A stretch of 64,000 nt of DNA from an uncultured cyanobacterium (GCA_963793265.1 CAWBZI010000001.1:576001-640000), one strand, 5' to 3'; numbered from the stretch's first letter, positions 28,226 to 38,717 are shown. Notes: generated by a model from the sequence alone, not told the origin. Numbers and translations: made by a program.

Positions 28226-30778
28226 TTATGAGCTAGACACTGCCATTGCTAACGCGCCGCCAAAATCCAAGTTCTCGTCCACCCAGGTCTTATCTTCAGC
28301 CACCAAAGCTTCTGCGGCCTCAGCAGGCAGCGGCTTCGCAAAAAAGTAGCCCTGCCCGTAGTTACAGCTCAACCGTCGCAAGTCAGCTAGCTGTCCGGCT
28401 GTCTCGATGCCCTCAGCAATCACATCCATCCCGAGCTGATGGCCTAAGGAAATAATCGTCTTCACAATATTGCCGTCTTCACTAGTGCTCTCTTCCATCC
28501 GGCCCACGAACGACTGATCTACTTTCAGCGTATCTGTAGGGAGCTGATGCAGATAGCTCAGCGAAGAGTATCCCGTGCCAAAATCGTCCAGACTCAGCTT
28601 CAAGTTCAAAGACTTTAGCTTCACAAGCTGTTCAATAGCCCCGTTCACGTCATCCATCGCTGCGCTCTCAGTCAGCTCTAGCTTCAGGCAGTCACTCCTA
28701 AATCCTGTCTTCGCTAGTATATAAGCCACTTCTTCAGAAAGGTTCTCCTGGTTAAACTGCTTGGTAGACAGATTGACGCTCACCATCAAGTTCTGCGCGT
28801 GAGCAAACTGTTGATGCCAAGTGTGCATCTGAGTGCAGGCTTCTTCCAAAATCCAGCTACCCATCGGCACAATCAGTCCCGTATCTTCAGCCGCTGGAAT
28901 AAATGCCCCCGGTGATACAAAACCCTGCTGAGGATGCTGCCACCGCACCAGAGCCTCAAATCCAGCTAGCTTGCCTGTGCGCAAATCTACAATAGGCTGA
29001 TAGTACAGCATGAACTCTTTATTTGCGATCGCCTGCCGCAGCTCCGCCTCTAGCTGAAAGCGCTTAACCGCCTCCGCCCTCATGCCAGGATCAAAAATCT
29101 CATAGTGTTCTTTCCCCAAAGCTCTCGCTCTTGCCATTGCCCGATGAGCATCTTGCATAAGCGTTTCAGCTTCAGCCGCATCTCTCACCTGATTCAACGC
29201 AATGCCAATACTAAAGCTAGTCGTAATCGCCTGTTTTTCAATATTGAAAGGCTCCGTTAGCTGGTTATACAGCACATCAGCAACTTTCGTAGCCTGGCTT
29301 GCTTCATCTAAGTTTTGCAGCAGTACAGCAAATTCATCGCCGCCAATTCTAGCGAGCTTAGCCTGCACTGGTAAATGATCTTTAATCCGCTCGGCCACTA
29401 ATATCAATAGCTGATCGCCAAACTTATGCCCGAAGCTTTCATTTATTGCCTTAAAGTGATCCAAGTCCAACAGCAATATAGCTGAAGAGGCGTGCACATC
29501 GCTCTGAGTGGTTCTTTGAATGGTTTGCTTTAGCTGCCGTACAAACAAAGACCGATTGGGCAGGCCGGTCAGCAGATCGTAGAAAGACTGGTGAAAAACT
29601 TGGTAGGTAATTAGAGAACCGCTTGTGAGAATGAGTGCGATTACAGGCGCGGCGAACGGTATCCAGCCTGAAAGCGTGAAAGCCAAAAAACACAGGCCGC
29701 CTAAGCTTGCCACGCCAGCGATGATAACAGCGCCTAGCAGCGCCGATCGCTTCAGCCGCCAAACCAGCACGCCGCCCACTAAAGACCATCCCCATATCCA
29801 AAAGACTTCTGCCCTCTGCGACCAGTACCAAAACAGAGGCTGCTCGTCTAGAACGCTGCTCAATATTTGGCTCACAACTTGCGCGTGAACCATCACCCCC
29901 GGCATCACATGTTCGCCACTTCTTTCTGAACTGTAAGGCGTATAAAAGAAATCTTTCTCGCTAGGGGCCGTCACCCCAATCATGACAATTTTATCTTCAA
30001 CCCAGCCCGGATCAATCTTCCCTTCTAAAACCTCAGTCAAAGAGACTTTCCTAGCCACCCAATTCGAAGATCGGTAGTCTAGAAGCATCTGATAGCCCAA
30101 TGAATCGATATCATCGTAGCCACCTGAATCAGGCGACAGCGGGAAAAACTCTGTTGCGTTTATCCGCAATGAATCGTTGTCATAGGCAAAATTAGTCGCA
30201 TCTTCTCCACCTAGATAGTTCAATCCTAGCTGCAACGCAAAAGAATAAAGCTGTGTATCATCTTCCAAAAGGGCGAACAGCAACCCACGACGTACGATTT
30301 TATCCGAGTCGATCACAAAATCATTGAAGCCAATCTGAGACGGCTTTAGATTAGGTGGGGGTGGAATACTGTCTTCTTCGCTAATACCCAAGCTGGTGAT
30401 CGCCACAACGTTCGGCGCTTTCAAAGCCTCTGCCAAAGCTGCTTGTCCATTACCTTGCGGAATATCACGATAGATATCTAGGCCGATTGTTTTAGGAGAG
30501 TCTGCCTGTAGCCGGTTGAGCAACGTCGCCATTTTCTCGTCAGAAATTGGCCATTCGCTTTGCTTGCGAATATCTTCTTCGGTCACTTCAACAATTAATA
30601 AGCGCGGATCAGGGCCGCGATCGCCCTGCAGCCGAACCATGCGGTCAAAAGCAAGTAGCTCTAGTGACTGCAAACCACCCACCTGCCTGAGCGCTATGAG
30701 CAAAGCCGTTACTGCAATACTTGCTATCCAGTAAGGCTCACGCTGTAGTTTTTTGTAGAGGTTGGTAATTACGGACAA
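28226..30778 (-). CDS. CHASE2-GGDEF-EAL c-di-GMP cyclase/phosphodiesterase
   Basis: CHASE2 (DPRLLIVEVTEEDI...WPISD...IGLDIYRD...MPGVMVHAQ), three TM helices, YDLLTGLPNR, ARIGGDEF, FEALVRW, DDFGTGYSSL. Confidence 0.93.
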   Translation of the reverse strand: MSVITNLYKKLQREPYWIASIAVTALLIALRQVGGLQSLELLAFDRMVRLQGDRGPDPRLLIVEVTEEDIRKQSEWPISDEKMATLLNRLQADSPKTIGLDIYRDIPQGNGQAALAEALKAPNVVAITSLGISEEDSIPPPPNLKPSQIGFNDFVIDSDKIVRRGLLFALLEDDTQLYSFALQLGLNYLGGEDATNFAYDNDSLRINATEFFPLSPDSGGYDDIDSLGYQMLLDYRSSNWVARKVSLTEVLEGKIDPGWVEDKIVMIGVTAPSEKDFFYTPYSSERSGEHVMPGVMVHAQVVSQILSSVLDEQPLFWYWSQRAEVFWIWGWSLVGGVLVWRLKRSALLGAVIIAGVASLGGLCFLAFTLSGWIPFAAPVIALILTSGSLITYQVFHQSFYDLLTGLPNRSLFVRQLKQTIQRTTQSDVHASSAILLLDLDHFKAINESFGHKFGDQLLILVAERIKDHLPVQAKLARIGGDEFAVLLQNLDEASQATKVADVLYNQLTEPFNIEKQAITTSFSIGIALNQVRDAAEAETLMQDAHRAMARARALGKEHYEIFDPGMRAEAVKRFQLEAELRQAIANKEFMLYYQPIVDLRTGKLAGFEALVRWQHPQQGFVSPGAFIPAAEDTGLIVPMGSWILEEACTQMHTWHQQFAHAQNLMVSVNLSTKQFNQENLSEEVAYILAKTGFRSDCLKLELTESAAMDDVNGAIEQLVKLKSLNLKLSLDDFGTGYSSLSYLHQLPTDTLKVDQSFVGRMEESTSEDGNIVKTIISLGHQLGMDVIAEGIETAGQLADLRRLSCNYGQGYFFAKPLPAEAAEALVAEDKTWVDENLDFGGALAMAVSSS

Positions 30779-31009
30779 TGGGCCTCCCGGCAGAGGTTTG
30801 ACAGACGTGTTTTATACCCCAGAGAATGCCCACCCACAGAGGGCCGCGACCCATCACTTTTACTTAGTTTGAGAAGATTGACAAAACTATGCACAGCACA
30901 TGGCGGTCATAGCAAAACCCCCTAGCTCATCAGCGCTCATAAAAAAGCAGCATAGCTAAGGGGCAAGATAGAACTCAGTGGCGTTCAGCTACCTCGAAGA
31001 ACAAAGGAT

Positions 31010-31774
31010 CTAACGATCAGGCGCAAGAAGCGCGTCAGGCGTAGATAGCGCAATTGACTCGACAGGGCTCATCGCTTCTGAAATATTGCTAGAAACTTCA
31101 GACGTTAAACCGGCAAATTGCACTAGCGCGGCCCACTCAAGCTGAAAGTCCATATCGGCTAAGTTCTGACGGCGAAGATTTATTAGCTCAGTCACCTGTT
31201 CGTGCCATAGCCCGGCGGCGGCATACAAAGCGACGCTATCTTCGGGGCTAGCACTCTCAATTTGTGAGGCCATATCACTTGTCAGCTCTACTCGGTTCAC
31301 CCATCCCTGCACCTCAAATCGCGAGCTGTCACTACAGCCAAGAGAAAATACCCATCGATAGTTTTCACCGGGTACCAGGGCAGGTACGCTCTCAGGCAGC
31401 CGCAACTCACTCAGACCATGCTTGCGACTAATATCTACTTGAGTGCTATAAACCGGCTCATCAAACTCAGTAAGTAAGGAAAATCTGACTTCATCAAGGG
31501 CTTCGGTTTCAGGCAAGGAAAACCAAAAAGCTGGCCGCGCTTCAGCCGTTTTGGCGAAGTTGTTGCGAGGCATAATCGCAACTAAAGACTGGTTGAAATC
31601 TACGAAACAGTTACCTTCTCTCACGCCTCCGCTAATTCTTCTGCCAGGCAAACCTACATTTCTATTTTGGCCATTGCGGCTATTGGCAAGGCTAGACATT
31701 GGAAACGTGCTGCTTGCCAGCACTAAGCCAAACGTAGCTGCCAACACTAATTTAGGAATGTGAATGGTTTGCAT
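31010..31774 (-). CDS. DUF928 family exported protein
   Basis: Signal peptide, GLPGRRISGGVR, PAFWFSLP, NYRWVFSLGC, GWVNRV, GLWHE. Confidence 0.85.
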   Translation of the reverse strand: MQTIHIPKLVLAATFGLVLASSTFPMSSLANSRNGQNRNVGLPGRRISGGVREGNCFVDFNQSLVAIMPRNNFAKTAEARPAFWFSLPETEALDEVRFSLLTEFDEPVYSTQVDISRKHGLSELRLPESVPALVPGENYRWVFSLGCSDSSRFEVQGWVNRVELTSDMASQIESASPEDSVALYAAAGLWHEQVTELINLRRQNLADMDFQLEWAALVQFAGLTSEVSSNISEAMSPVESIALSTPDALLAPDR

Positions 31775-31852
31775 AGTAGGGGTTGTCCTTATTAGTAGGA
31801 GGTTTATAAAACGTTTCTATGTATTCTTTAGAAAAGTAGATGCTTTTGAGAA

Positions 31853-32644
31853 CTAATCTTGCGTAGGCAAATCGCTTTGAGCTATTTGTGGCGCAGGCGC
31901 TAGGTCGTTGCCAAAGGGAACTGAAACCACCTGAGATAGCTCTATTGATTCCAAAAGCGCTATCCATTGCTGTTCTAAGCTATCGCTTGCAGCAGCGCTT
32001 TCGGCAGTGTCACCGTCAACAGCGTCGCGACGAAGTTCCGCGAGCGTGGTAAGCGCGTCATACCAGAGCATAGATTCTTCGTAGATAGAGAGGCGTTCTC
32101 GACCCGTAGCTACAGTTAGCCGCTCACGCATCGCCTGGTCAGGCTCTATCCGTTGAATCCATCCTGCAACGCTCAGGTTTTCGGAAAGGCTTTCGGCATC
32201 ACAAACCACTGACAAGTTCCACCGATAGTTCTTGCCTATGAGTAGGGGCGCAGTCGTCTCGGGCAGTAATAAGCTCACAATGCCAGCATCCGCAGGGACG
32301 CTAAAGGTTTTCTGATAGAGCAGCTCTCCTGACTCATCGACTAGCCCAAACTCAAGACTTCTGTCTGCGCTAATACCGGGTAGTGAGAACCATAGCGTCG
32401 GGTGCTCTGAAATTGTCAGACCGACGCTGCTTTTTGGTATCAGCGCGATAACAGGCTGATTAGGCGTCGTCAGGCAGGCGGTATTTGGGGATCTAGAGCC
32501 ACCGCTGATCCGTCTGCCGGGTAGACCTAGCCTTTGGTTATCCTCTTGCGAGTTAGCAAAGCCAGGTAGGCCGAAAAGACTACAGGCAAGCATTCCGCCG
32601 AGGGCTATGGCTATGGTCGTTTTTGTCAGGCTAGAGCGTCTCAT
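31853..32644 (-). CDS. DUF928 family exported protein
   Basis: Signal peptide, GLPGRRISGGSR, TISEHPTLWFSLP, NYRWNLSVVC, GWIQRI, LWYDALTTLAELRR; ATG 32644 preferred. Confidence 0.87.
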   Translation of the reverse strand: MRRSSLTKTTIAIALGGMLACSLFGLPGFANSQEDNQRLGLPGRRISGGSRSPNTACLTTPNQPVIALIPKSSVGLTISEHPTLWFSLPGISADRSLEFGLVDESGELLYQKTFSVPADAGIVSLLLPETTAPLLIGKNYRWNLSVVCDAESLSENLSVAGWIQRIEPDQAMRERLTVATGRERLSIYEESMLWYDALTTLAELRRDAVDGDTAESAAASDSLEQQWIALLESIELSQVVSVPFGNDLAPAPQIAQSDLPTQD

Positions 32645-32884
32645 ATCACACGCTGAGTTGAAGGTAGTTGCATATGGCAAGTCAAGGGCCGCGCCAGGAT
32701 GGGTACGGAGCTGCCTCGGCTATCTTTTCTGTCTTAAAGGGTTTTCGATACATTGGAGAATCGTAATATTACGGACTCGTCACCGCGGCGGGCGCGTCAC
32801 TAGCCTGGTCAGCACGAACCAGAGCATTGACTGAAGTGGCGATCGCTGGTGACAATAGAGAAGTCGTAATTTTTAAAAGCAAGT

Positions 32885-33055
32885 ATGGCTAGTATTCAGC
32901 CCACTAAAGTCCCTAATATGGAACGCCCAAAAAAGGGCTTTAACCACTATGCAGAGCGGCTTAACGGCAGAGCAGCCATGATTGGGATGGTCGCTTTGGT
33001 TTTAATTGAGCTACTAACTGGCAAAGGTCTAATGACATTAGTAGGGTTGGCCTAG
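32885..33055 (+). CDS. hli: High-light-inducible protein (Hli/SCP, one-helix CAB-like), 56 aa
   Basis: Read by hand: MASIQPTKVPNMERPKKGFNHYAERLNGRAAMIGMVALVLIELLTGKGLMTLVGLA; chlorophyll-binding AExxNGRxAMIG motif. Confidence 0.93.
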   Translation: MASIQPTKVPNMERPKKGFNHYAERLNGRAAMIGMVALVLIELLTGKGLMTLVGLA

Positions 33056-33059
33056 AACG

Positions 33060-33674
33060 TCAGACCAGCGCGTCTATCTGTGAAAACAGGTGTTCTAAGC
33101 TACCAGCGTTATCTAATATATGGTCGGCAAGCTGGCGCTTTCTAGCCAAACTCATCTGCGCGTCGATTCTGGACTGTGCATCTATGTCAGAGAGCTGATT
33201 GCGGCTCATGAGCCTTTGCTTTTGCTGCGACAAATTGCAGGTGACGACCCAGGTTTCGGTCACAAGGTGGGTCAAATTCGCTTCAAATAGCAGCGGGATA
33301 GAATATACCAGTGTTTGAGATGGCGGAAACGAGGCTGCTTTTTTTTGAAACTGGCTGCGGACAAAAGGATGAATCTGCTGCTCTAGCCAGTTCTTTTCGG
33401 TGGCATCACTAAAGATAATTTGACCGAGCTGACTGCGGTTAAGATCACCATCAGGCAGGAGGATAGTGGGGCCGTAGCGTAGGGCGATCGCCTCTAAAAT
33501 TTCACTTCCTTTTGCGACTGCTAATCGCGAATACACATCTGCATCTAACACAGGCAGCTCATGCTTTTGCATCAAATAATCAGACGCGGTGCTTTTACCA
33601 GTCGCGATACCACCTGTCAAACCAATAATTCGCCTGGCCAAAGAGCCAGCCAAGGAGTCAGCAGAAGAGGTCAT
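33060..33674 (-). CDS. coaE: Dephospho-CoA kinase
   Basis: IIGLTGGIATGKST, LDAD, IHPFVR, IPLLFEA; ATGA overlap with the cobA/hemD stop. Confidence 0.93.
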   Translation of the reverse strand: MTSSADSLAGSLARRIIGLTGGIATGKSTASDYLMQKHELPVLDADVYSRLAVAKGSEILEAIALRYGPTILLPDGDLNRSQLGQIIFSDATEKNWLEQQIHPFVRSQFQKKAASFPPSQTLVYSIPLLFEANLTHLVTETWVVTCNLSQQKQRLMSRNQLSDIDAQSRIDAQMSLARKRQLADHILDNAGSLEHLFSQIDALV

Positions 33675-35215
33675 TTTGCCCATTCCTCTAACCCCTTTGT
33701 CAGCCCCGCTAGCGTGTACTCTTTAGCCTCGAATGTAACTTTGCCCAAGAGCATCTGGCAGTCTCTTGAGGTTTGCGGGCCGATGGAGGCGATCTCGACA
33801 CCCTCTAGCAAATCCAACCAATTTTCACCGAAAGCGCGCGCCATCATCTGCGCAAAGTGCCGAACCGTTTTAGAACTTGCAAACGTAATCACATCTATCT
33901 CTCTATTCTCTATCGCTAGCTTTGCAGCCGGTGGAATAGCAGTAGGAAGCGCTGATTCATAAGCGGCGACCTCGGTGACTAGCGCGCCTTTTTCTGACAT
34001 CTCTTTTGTTAATATCTCCCGACCGCCTTGTTCTACACGAGGAAACAACAGCTTTAGACCATTGGGACTTTCAGGAAAGTGTTCAATCAGAGAATCTGCA
34101 ACATACTCTGGCGGAATAAAGTCAGCAACCAGACCACGCTGAGTCAAAACAGCATTTGTCTTTTTCCCGACGACTGCGATCTTAAGAGAAGACAGTGCGC
34201 GGAAGTCTTTACCTTGCTGAAGAAGTCGGTCTAAGAAAAAGTTGACGGCATTGGCTGAGGTGAGAATAAGCCAGTCGAAGGTAGAAAGGATGGCGATCAC
34301 ATCGTCTACCGGCTTCCAGGTGGCCGGTTCACGAATTTCTAGCGCCGGAAAATCAACGACCCTAGCACCTTTCTCAATCAGCATTTGGCTAAACTGGCCT
34401 GATTGAGTCGCAGCGCGAGTAACCAGAATGGTTTTATTTGAAAGCGGTTGCAAAGATGTTGGTGGAGGCGCTAGATAGCTACGCAGGCTGACGACTTCTC
34501 CAACAACGATGACGCAGGGAGAAAGCTTTGCCTCACCCACTATTTGCGGCAAGCTTATCAAAGTGCCCTGCCAAATCTGCTGCTGGGGTTGGCTCGCCCA
34601 ACGCACGATCGCGACGGGTGTTTCGGGGCGTTTGCGGTGCGTTGTCAGGCGATGGCAAATCTCTCGCAGGTGCCGTCCACCCATGAGCAAAACAACGGTG
34701 TCGAGACGGGCGATCGCGGCCCAATCTAAAGCCTCCAAATCGTGAGCCGTAAACGCGCCAAATCCGCGACTAAGCACCTTATCAGTCAGTGGAATACCCG
34801 CAAGTAGAGGGGCGACTAGCGCGGAAGAGAGTCCAGGAACCACTTCAAAATCGCAGTCTGCGGCCTTAAGTGCCTGAATCTCTGCAGCGGCTCTACCAAA
34901 AATAAAAGGATCGCCGCTTTTGAGCCGCACCACTTGCTTACCCGCTTGGCAAAGCTTTACCAGCAGCCGATTAATCTCGGGCTGAGGTGTACTAGGCTCT
35001 CCGCCGCGCTTGCCAACGTGCCACTGCTCGCAGGTAGCGGGAATTTCCTGTATCAGCGAGCTATCTACGAGCGCATCAAAAACCAAAGCATCGGCCCGAT
35101 TGAGCAGCCGCAGACCGCGCACGGTGAGATAGCCGATATCGCCTGGGCCTGCACCCAACAGAAAAACTTTGCCCTGACTTGATTCGCTCTGACTTAATTT
35201 AGGTTCAGACAACAT
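33671..35215 (-). CDS. cobA/hemD: Uroporphyrinogen-III C-methyltransferase / uroporphyrinogen-III synthase fusion
   Basis: GAGPGD, VRLKSGDPFIFGR, then HemD ILVTRA, WLILTSANAV, ITFASSKTV, IGPQTS. Confidence 0.93.
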   Translation of the reverse strand: MLSEPKLSQSESSQGKVFLLGAGPGDIGYLTVRGLRLLNRADALVFDALVDSSLIQEIPATCEQWHVGKRGGEPSTPQPEINRLLVKLCQAGKQVVRLKSGDPFIFGRAAAEIQALKAADCDFEVVPGLSSALVAPLLAGIPLTDKVLSRGFGAFTAHDLEALDWAAIARLDTVVLLMGGRHLREICHRLTTHRKRPETPVAIVRWASQPQQQIWQGTLISLPQIVGEAKLSPCVIVVGEVVSLRSYLAPPPTSLQPLSNKTILVTRAATQSGQFSQMLIEKGARVVDFPALEIREPATWKPVDDVIAILSTFDWLILTSANAVNFFLDRLLQQGKDFRALSSLKIAVVGKKTNAVLTQRGLVADFIPPEYVADSLIEHFPESPNGLKLLFPRVEQGGREILTKEMSEKGALVTEVAAYESALPTAIPPAAKLAIENREIDVITFASSKTVRHFAQMMARAFGENWLDLLEGVEIASIGPQTSRDCQMLLGKVTFEAKEYTLAGLTKGLEEWAK

Positions 35216-35267
35216 GGTCTACCCGCTAACCTGCTGCCTTTATTCTGAAGCAAGATGGCACTCAAGT

Positions 35268-36191
35268 TTAGTCTTCAGGCATTGGGTTGGCGTAAATGCC
35301 CAAATGATTGGCGACAGGTCTGAGATTTGTCGGTATGCGCGCTTGAAAAGGCGAGTTCAAAACCTTTGCCCGTCCGCCTGAGTCCACCGCTAGGGTTGAC
35401 GAGCCGCCGCCGTCTAAGTTCAAAGCTTTGCTTGCACCTAAAGCAATCAGTTCCTCAGCGAGTTCAGCGAGGGTAATTCCTTCGCTATAGCCTTTTTGAC
35501 GGCCGTCTACGGTGACTAGCCACATCGCTTCGTGGGCTTCGTCTAAGGCGACGACTGTGCGGGGAAAGAGTTCGTTGTAGTTAGAGCCAGCGACGAGCTG
35601 AGCTTCTTTTAGGAAGTAGCGATCGCCCGCCCACCCATGGGCTGTCCCGTCAGGACAATCACCGCTATCAGCAATAGAGATTTCCTGAGCGCTAGCAATG
35701 CACAGAGCAGGCCAGTCAGCTTCGGCTTCGGAGTAGCGATTGCCATTAGACATCATGATTCCTACGGCATTTACGCCCTCACCTACATGAGGCGCATAGT
35801 CAAAAGGGTGGTGCACATGCATCGGGTAGAAAAAGTTAGCGTTAATTGCTACCTGCACACCTTGCTTCTGCAAAAATCCTGGCACCGTATCAGCGGTAGT
35901 CTCTTTCCCATCATCAGCAATCCCTTGAGGCGTCGCCAAAAACTCGATACCTGGCGCAGTCAAATCTACTGTTACAACGTGGAAGACAAGCGGTCTGGGT
36001 GTGTTGCGACTGTAGCGTTCGTAGGTGATGCCTTGAAAGAGCGATCGCACCTGAGGCGTTCGAGCGGGCCTTTTGAGCAAACAAAAACCATACGTCAGTC
36101 CGCCCGCTAAAACCAAACTACCTAATATACTCGCAGCAACCACAGCGAGTGTCTTGAACGTTTTTTTAAGCGATGTGTTTTTGAAAGCCAT
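35268..36191 (-). CDS. Phosphodiester glycosidase (NAGPA-like) family exported protein
   Basis: VAINANFF, PRTVVA, VTVDGRQKGYSEG, LNLDGGGSSTL, RPVANHLG. Confidence 0.85.
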   Translation of the reverse strand: MAFKNTSLKKTFKTLAVVAASILGSLVLAGGLTYGFCLLKRPARTPQVRSLFQGITYERYSRNTPRPLVFHVVTVDLTAPGIEFLATPQGIADDGKETTADTVPGFLQKQGVQVAINANFFYPMHVHHPFDYAPHVGEGVNAVGIMMSNGNRYSEAEADWPALCIASAQEISIADSGDCPDGTAHGWAGDRYFLKEAQLVAGSNYNELFPRTVVALDEAHEAMWLVTVDGRQKGYSEGITLAELAEELIALGASKALNLDGGGSSTLAVDSGGRAKVLNSPFQARIPTNLRPVANHLGIYANPMPED

Positions 36192-36656
36192 AACCTACTG
36201 AAATTTCGTGTGTATCTATTTAATGACGAGCGTGTGTCTTTACGTATGGCGAGATGAAGATGCATGTGTTGTGGTAAAGAACTGTTGTGCTGACGCTCTG
36301 AGCCTCTGAGTATTCATCTAATATGAAAGTGTTCAAGAAAGCAGTGCCTTTCACCTCCAACGCACAGCGACTCGCCGTTTTCTCTTAAACATAAGGTGAG
36401 ACTTGAATCATAAAACTGTTGTTTAGCTTGACCGCTCGAATTAGCGAACTTCTTAATAGATACAGCCTTTAATCGCTTATTCCTGATAGCTCAGCTTCGC
36501 AAAAAACGCTTTCTTTCTGAGGCGATTTTGCAAGGCAACAGTTTCAACCTTTTCTCAACTAAATAAAATTCGTAGGAGTTCTATTTTTTTACACTCTGTT
36601 TTTACACTGCGTTCCGCTAAGAAAATGTAGTTCAGAAAGAAAGGAGACTTCAGGCT

Positions 36657-36806
36657 ATGAAACTTTTCCAAACACTCAATAGCGTTTTCCTCTATCTAGC
36701 TGAAGGGGTCTATCGAATCTTCAGCCCCCATGACGATGCTTACCCTGCGACAGGGTTGCAGCCATACGCTGGAGTCCCTTATTCCAAACGCTTTGATGTT
36801 TGGTAA
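36657..36806 (+). CDS. atpT: AtpTheta/Norf1-like small protein (putative ATP synthase inhibitor), 49 aa
   Basis: Read by hand: MKLFQTLNSVFLYLAEGVYRIFSPHDDAYPATGLQPYAGVPYSKRFDVW; RBS AAGGAG at 36641; amphipathic N-helix plus RIFxPxDDxYPATGxQP motif; own terminator. Family name is recalled from memory, not searched. Confidence 0.7.
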   Translation: MKLFQTLNSVFLYLAEGVYRIFSPHDDAYPATGLQPYAGVPYSKRFDVW

Positions 36807-36864
36807 AAGAGAACCGTAATCGTGCTTCCTTCCATACTTCCATAGACACACAAACATAGACACG

Positions 36865-36903
36865 CAAAAAGCGGGCAAAGTACCAACCTTTGCCCGCTTT
36901 TTG
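36865..36903. terminator. Bidirectional terminator between the atpT-like gene and the NADH dehydrogenase gene
   Basis: Perfect stem CAAAAAGCGGGCAAAG-loop-CTTTGCCCGCTTTTTG. Confidence 0.85.
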
Positions 36904-36937
36904 ATGTGTTCAGAAATATAAAGCTCTCTGGTGAGCC

Positions 36938-38341
36938 TTAAGCCTTTACCATCTCTGAATCGTCAGCAGCTTTCTTTTTACCCTGTGCCATCTCATCAAT
37001 GACTAAAGCCGAAAGTGCAGGAATAGAATCGTCGCCTGTAATTAAGCGAGCGCCGCGCTGACTTGTGAAATAGTGCCAGCCCCACTGAAGCATGACCAAT
37101 AGCTTGTTATCAAATTCGACCAGGTAGTAGATGTGAACGAAGATCCAGATAAACCAGGCAGGAAAGCCAGAAAGGTTAGCAAACCCCAAGCTAGCGACAG
37201 CTTCGTTGCGGCCAATGACAGCTAGGCTCCCTTTGTCCTTGTACTCAAAGGGTTTAACGGGCTGCTTGGCAACGCGGCTTTTGATAGATTTTGCTAGATA
37301 CTCACCTTGCTGCATAGCAGTAGAAGCTGTGCCGGGAACAGGGCCGTCATTGTTGTGAGCGTAGTGAGCCAAATCGCCTGCGATGAATATGTTAGGACAG
37401 CCTGGTACGCTTAAATCCGGCTCTACAATGATGCGGCCAATGCGGTCTAATGGTGCACCCGTTTGATCAGCGATCGCCTTCCCCATTGGCGAAGCCTTAA
37501 TGCCCGCTGCCCACAGTACGGTAAACGCCTGAACTTTCTCTTCACTATCGCCGCTTTTGAGCGTCACGATATCGCCATCAATATTAGTCACCAGCGTATT
37601 GGTACGAACCTCTACGCCTAGCTTCTCTAGAGACTTTTTCGCAGCCACAGACAGATCGCCAGGGTAGGGCGGCAGCACTCTGTCCATACCTTCGAGCAGG
37701 ACAACTTTAGTTTCCCCAGGATTGATGCTACGGAAGTCTTCGCGGAGTGTTTCGTAGGCAAGTTCAGCGATCGCACCCGAAAGCTCCACACCCGTAGGCC
37801 CACCACCCACAATAAAGAAGGTCAGCAGCGCCTCACGCCGAGCCGGGTCAGTTTCATTTTCAGCCGCCTCAAATGCCAAAAAGATCCGACGACGAACCTC
37901 AAGCGCGTCTTCAATCGTTTTCATGCCCGGCGCAATCGACGACCACTCATCTTTACCAAAGTAGTGATGGCTAGAACCCGTCGCAACGATCAGGCTATCG
38001 TAGCTAACACTTTCACCGCTCTTAAGCCGAACGTTTTGATCCTCAGGCTTAATGCCGACGACCTCGCCCATCAAGACCTGTACGTTCTTTTGCTTGCTGA
38101 GAATGGCGCGCAGCGGCGAAGAAATATCTCCTGCAGAAAGTCCGCCAGTAGCGACCTGATAGAGCAGCGGTTGAAACAGGTGAAAGTTGCGCTTGTCGAT
38201 TAAGGTGACTTTGACGTTGGCTTTGCCAAGAGCTTTGGCAGCGTACAGTCCTCCAAAGCCACCGCCGACAATCACAACATGATGAGGTGCGGGTTTGTGA
38301 GTTGCGACGGAGACGGGCTTGTTCTGGAGAACTGCTGTCAT
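36938..38341 (-). CDS. ndb: Type II NADH:quinone oxidoreductase
   Basis: VVIVGGGFGGL, HLFQPLLYQVATG, IVGGGPTGVELSG, WAAG, YKDKGSLAVIGR. Confidence 0.92.
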   Translation of the reverse strand: MTAVLQNKPVSVATHKPAPHHVVIVGGGFGGLYAAKALGKANVKVTLIDKRNFHLFQPLLYQVATGGLSAGDISSPLRAILSKQKNVQVLMGEVVGIKPEDQNVRLKSGESVSYDSLIVATGSSHHYFGKDEWSSIAPGMKTIEDALEVRRRIFLAFEAAENETDPARREALLTFFIVGGGPTGVELSGAIAELAYETLREDFRSINPGETKVVLLEGMDRVLPPYPGDLSVAAKKSLEKLGVEVRTNTLVTNIDGDIVTLKSGDSEEKVQAFTVLWAAGIKASPMGKAIADQTGAPLDRIGRIIVEPDLSVPGCPNIFIAGDLAHYAHNNDGPVPGTASTAMQQGEYLAKSIKSRVAKQPVKPFEYKDKGSLAVIGRNEAVASLGFANLSGFPAWFIWIFVHIYYLVEFDNKLLVMLQWGWHYFTSQRGARLITGDDSIPALSALVIDEMAQGKKKAADDSEMVKA

Positions 38342-38717
38342 AGTTAGTAACCGATGATTATTTAACTTAAATAAAGTTTATAACTCTAGCGCCTTATTTT
38401 TCTAGTGCTCAGACAGACACTTCATAGAAAGTTGTTGGGTTGAGGCGGCTCTGACAGGCTTAATTCTGTCTAAATAAATAGAAATAACTTTAATAAGTAG
38501 GCGTAATTAGAGCATAGCTATTGACTTGTGGATCAATGTGCCCATTATATTGAAGCCCATTGATTATTTTTACTGTGCCGATGGTTACCGTTGCGATCGC
38601 TTAGCGCTACGCTCAATCGTAGAGTTTGGTAGCTTTGATGCCATATGAGACGCAGAGAAATTGTAGAGTTTAGATAGCTGCGGCAGCGGCGAGATTAAGG
38701 CGAGGAGATTTGAGGAC

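Noticed and set aside
36588..36608. RpaB HLR1 site upstream of the atpT-like gene
   Set aside because: The TTTACACT half-sites are 13 nt apart rather than the canonical 10; kept only as an unexplained direct repeat.
36696..36878. 60-aa minus-strand ORF from the track
   Set aside because: Antisense to the AtpTheta-like ORF, which has an RBS, a motif and a terminator.
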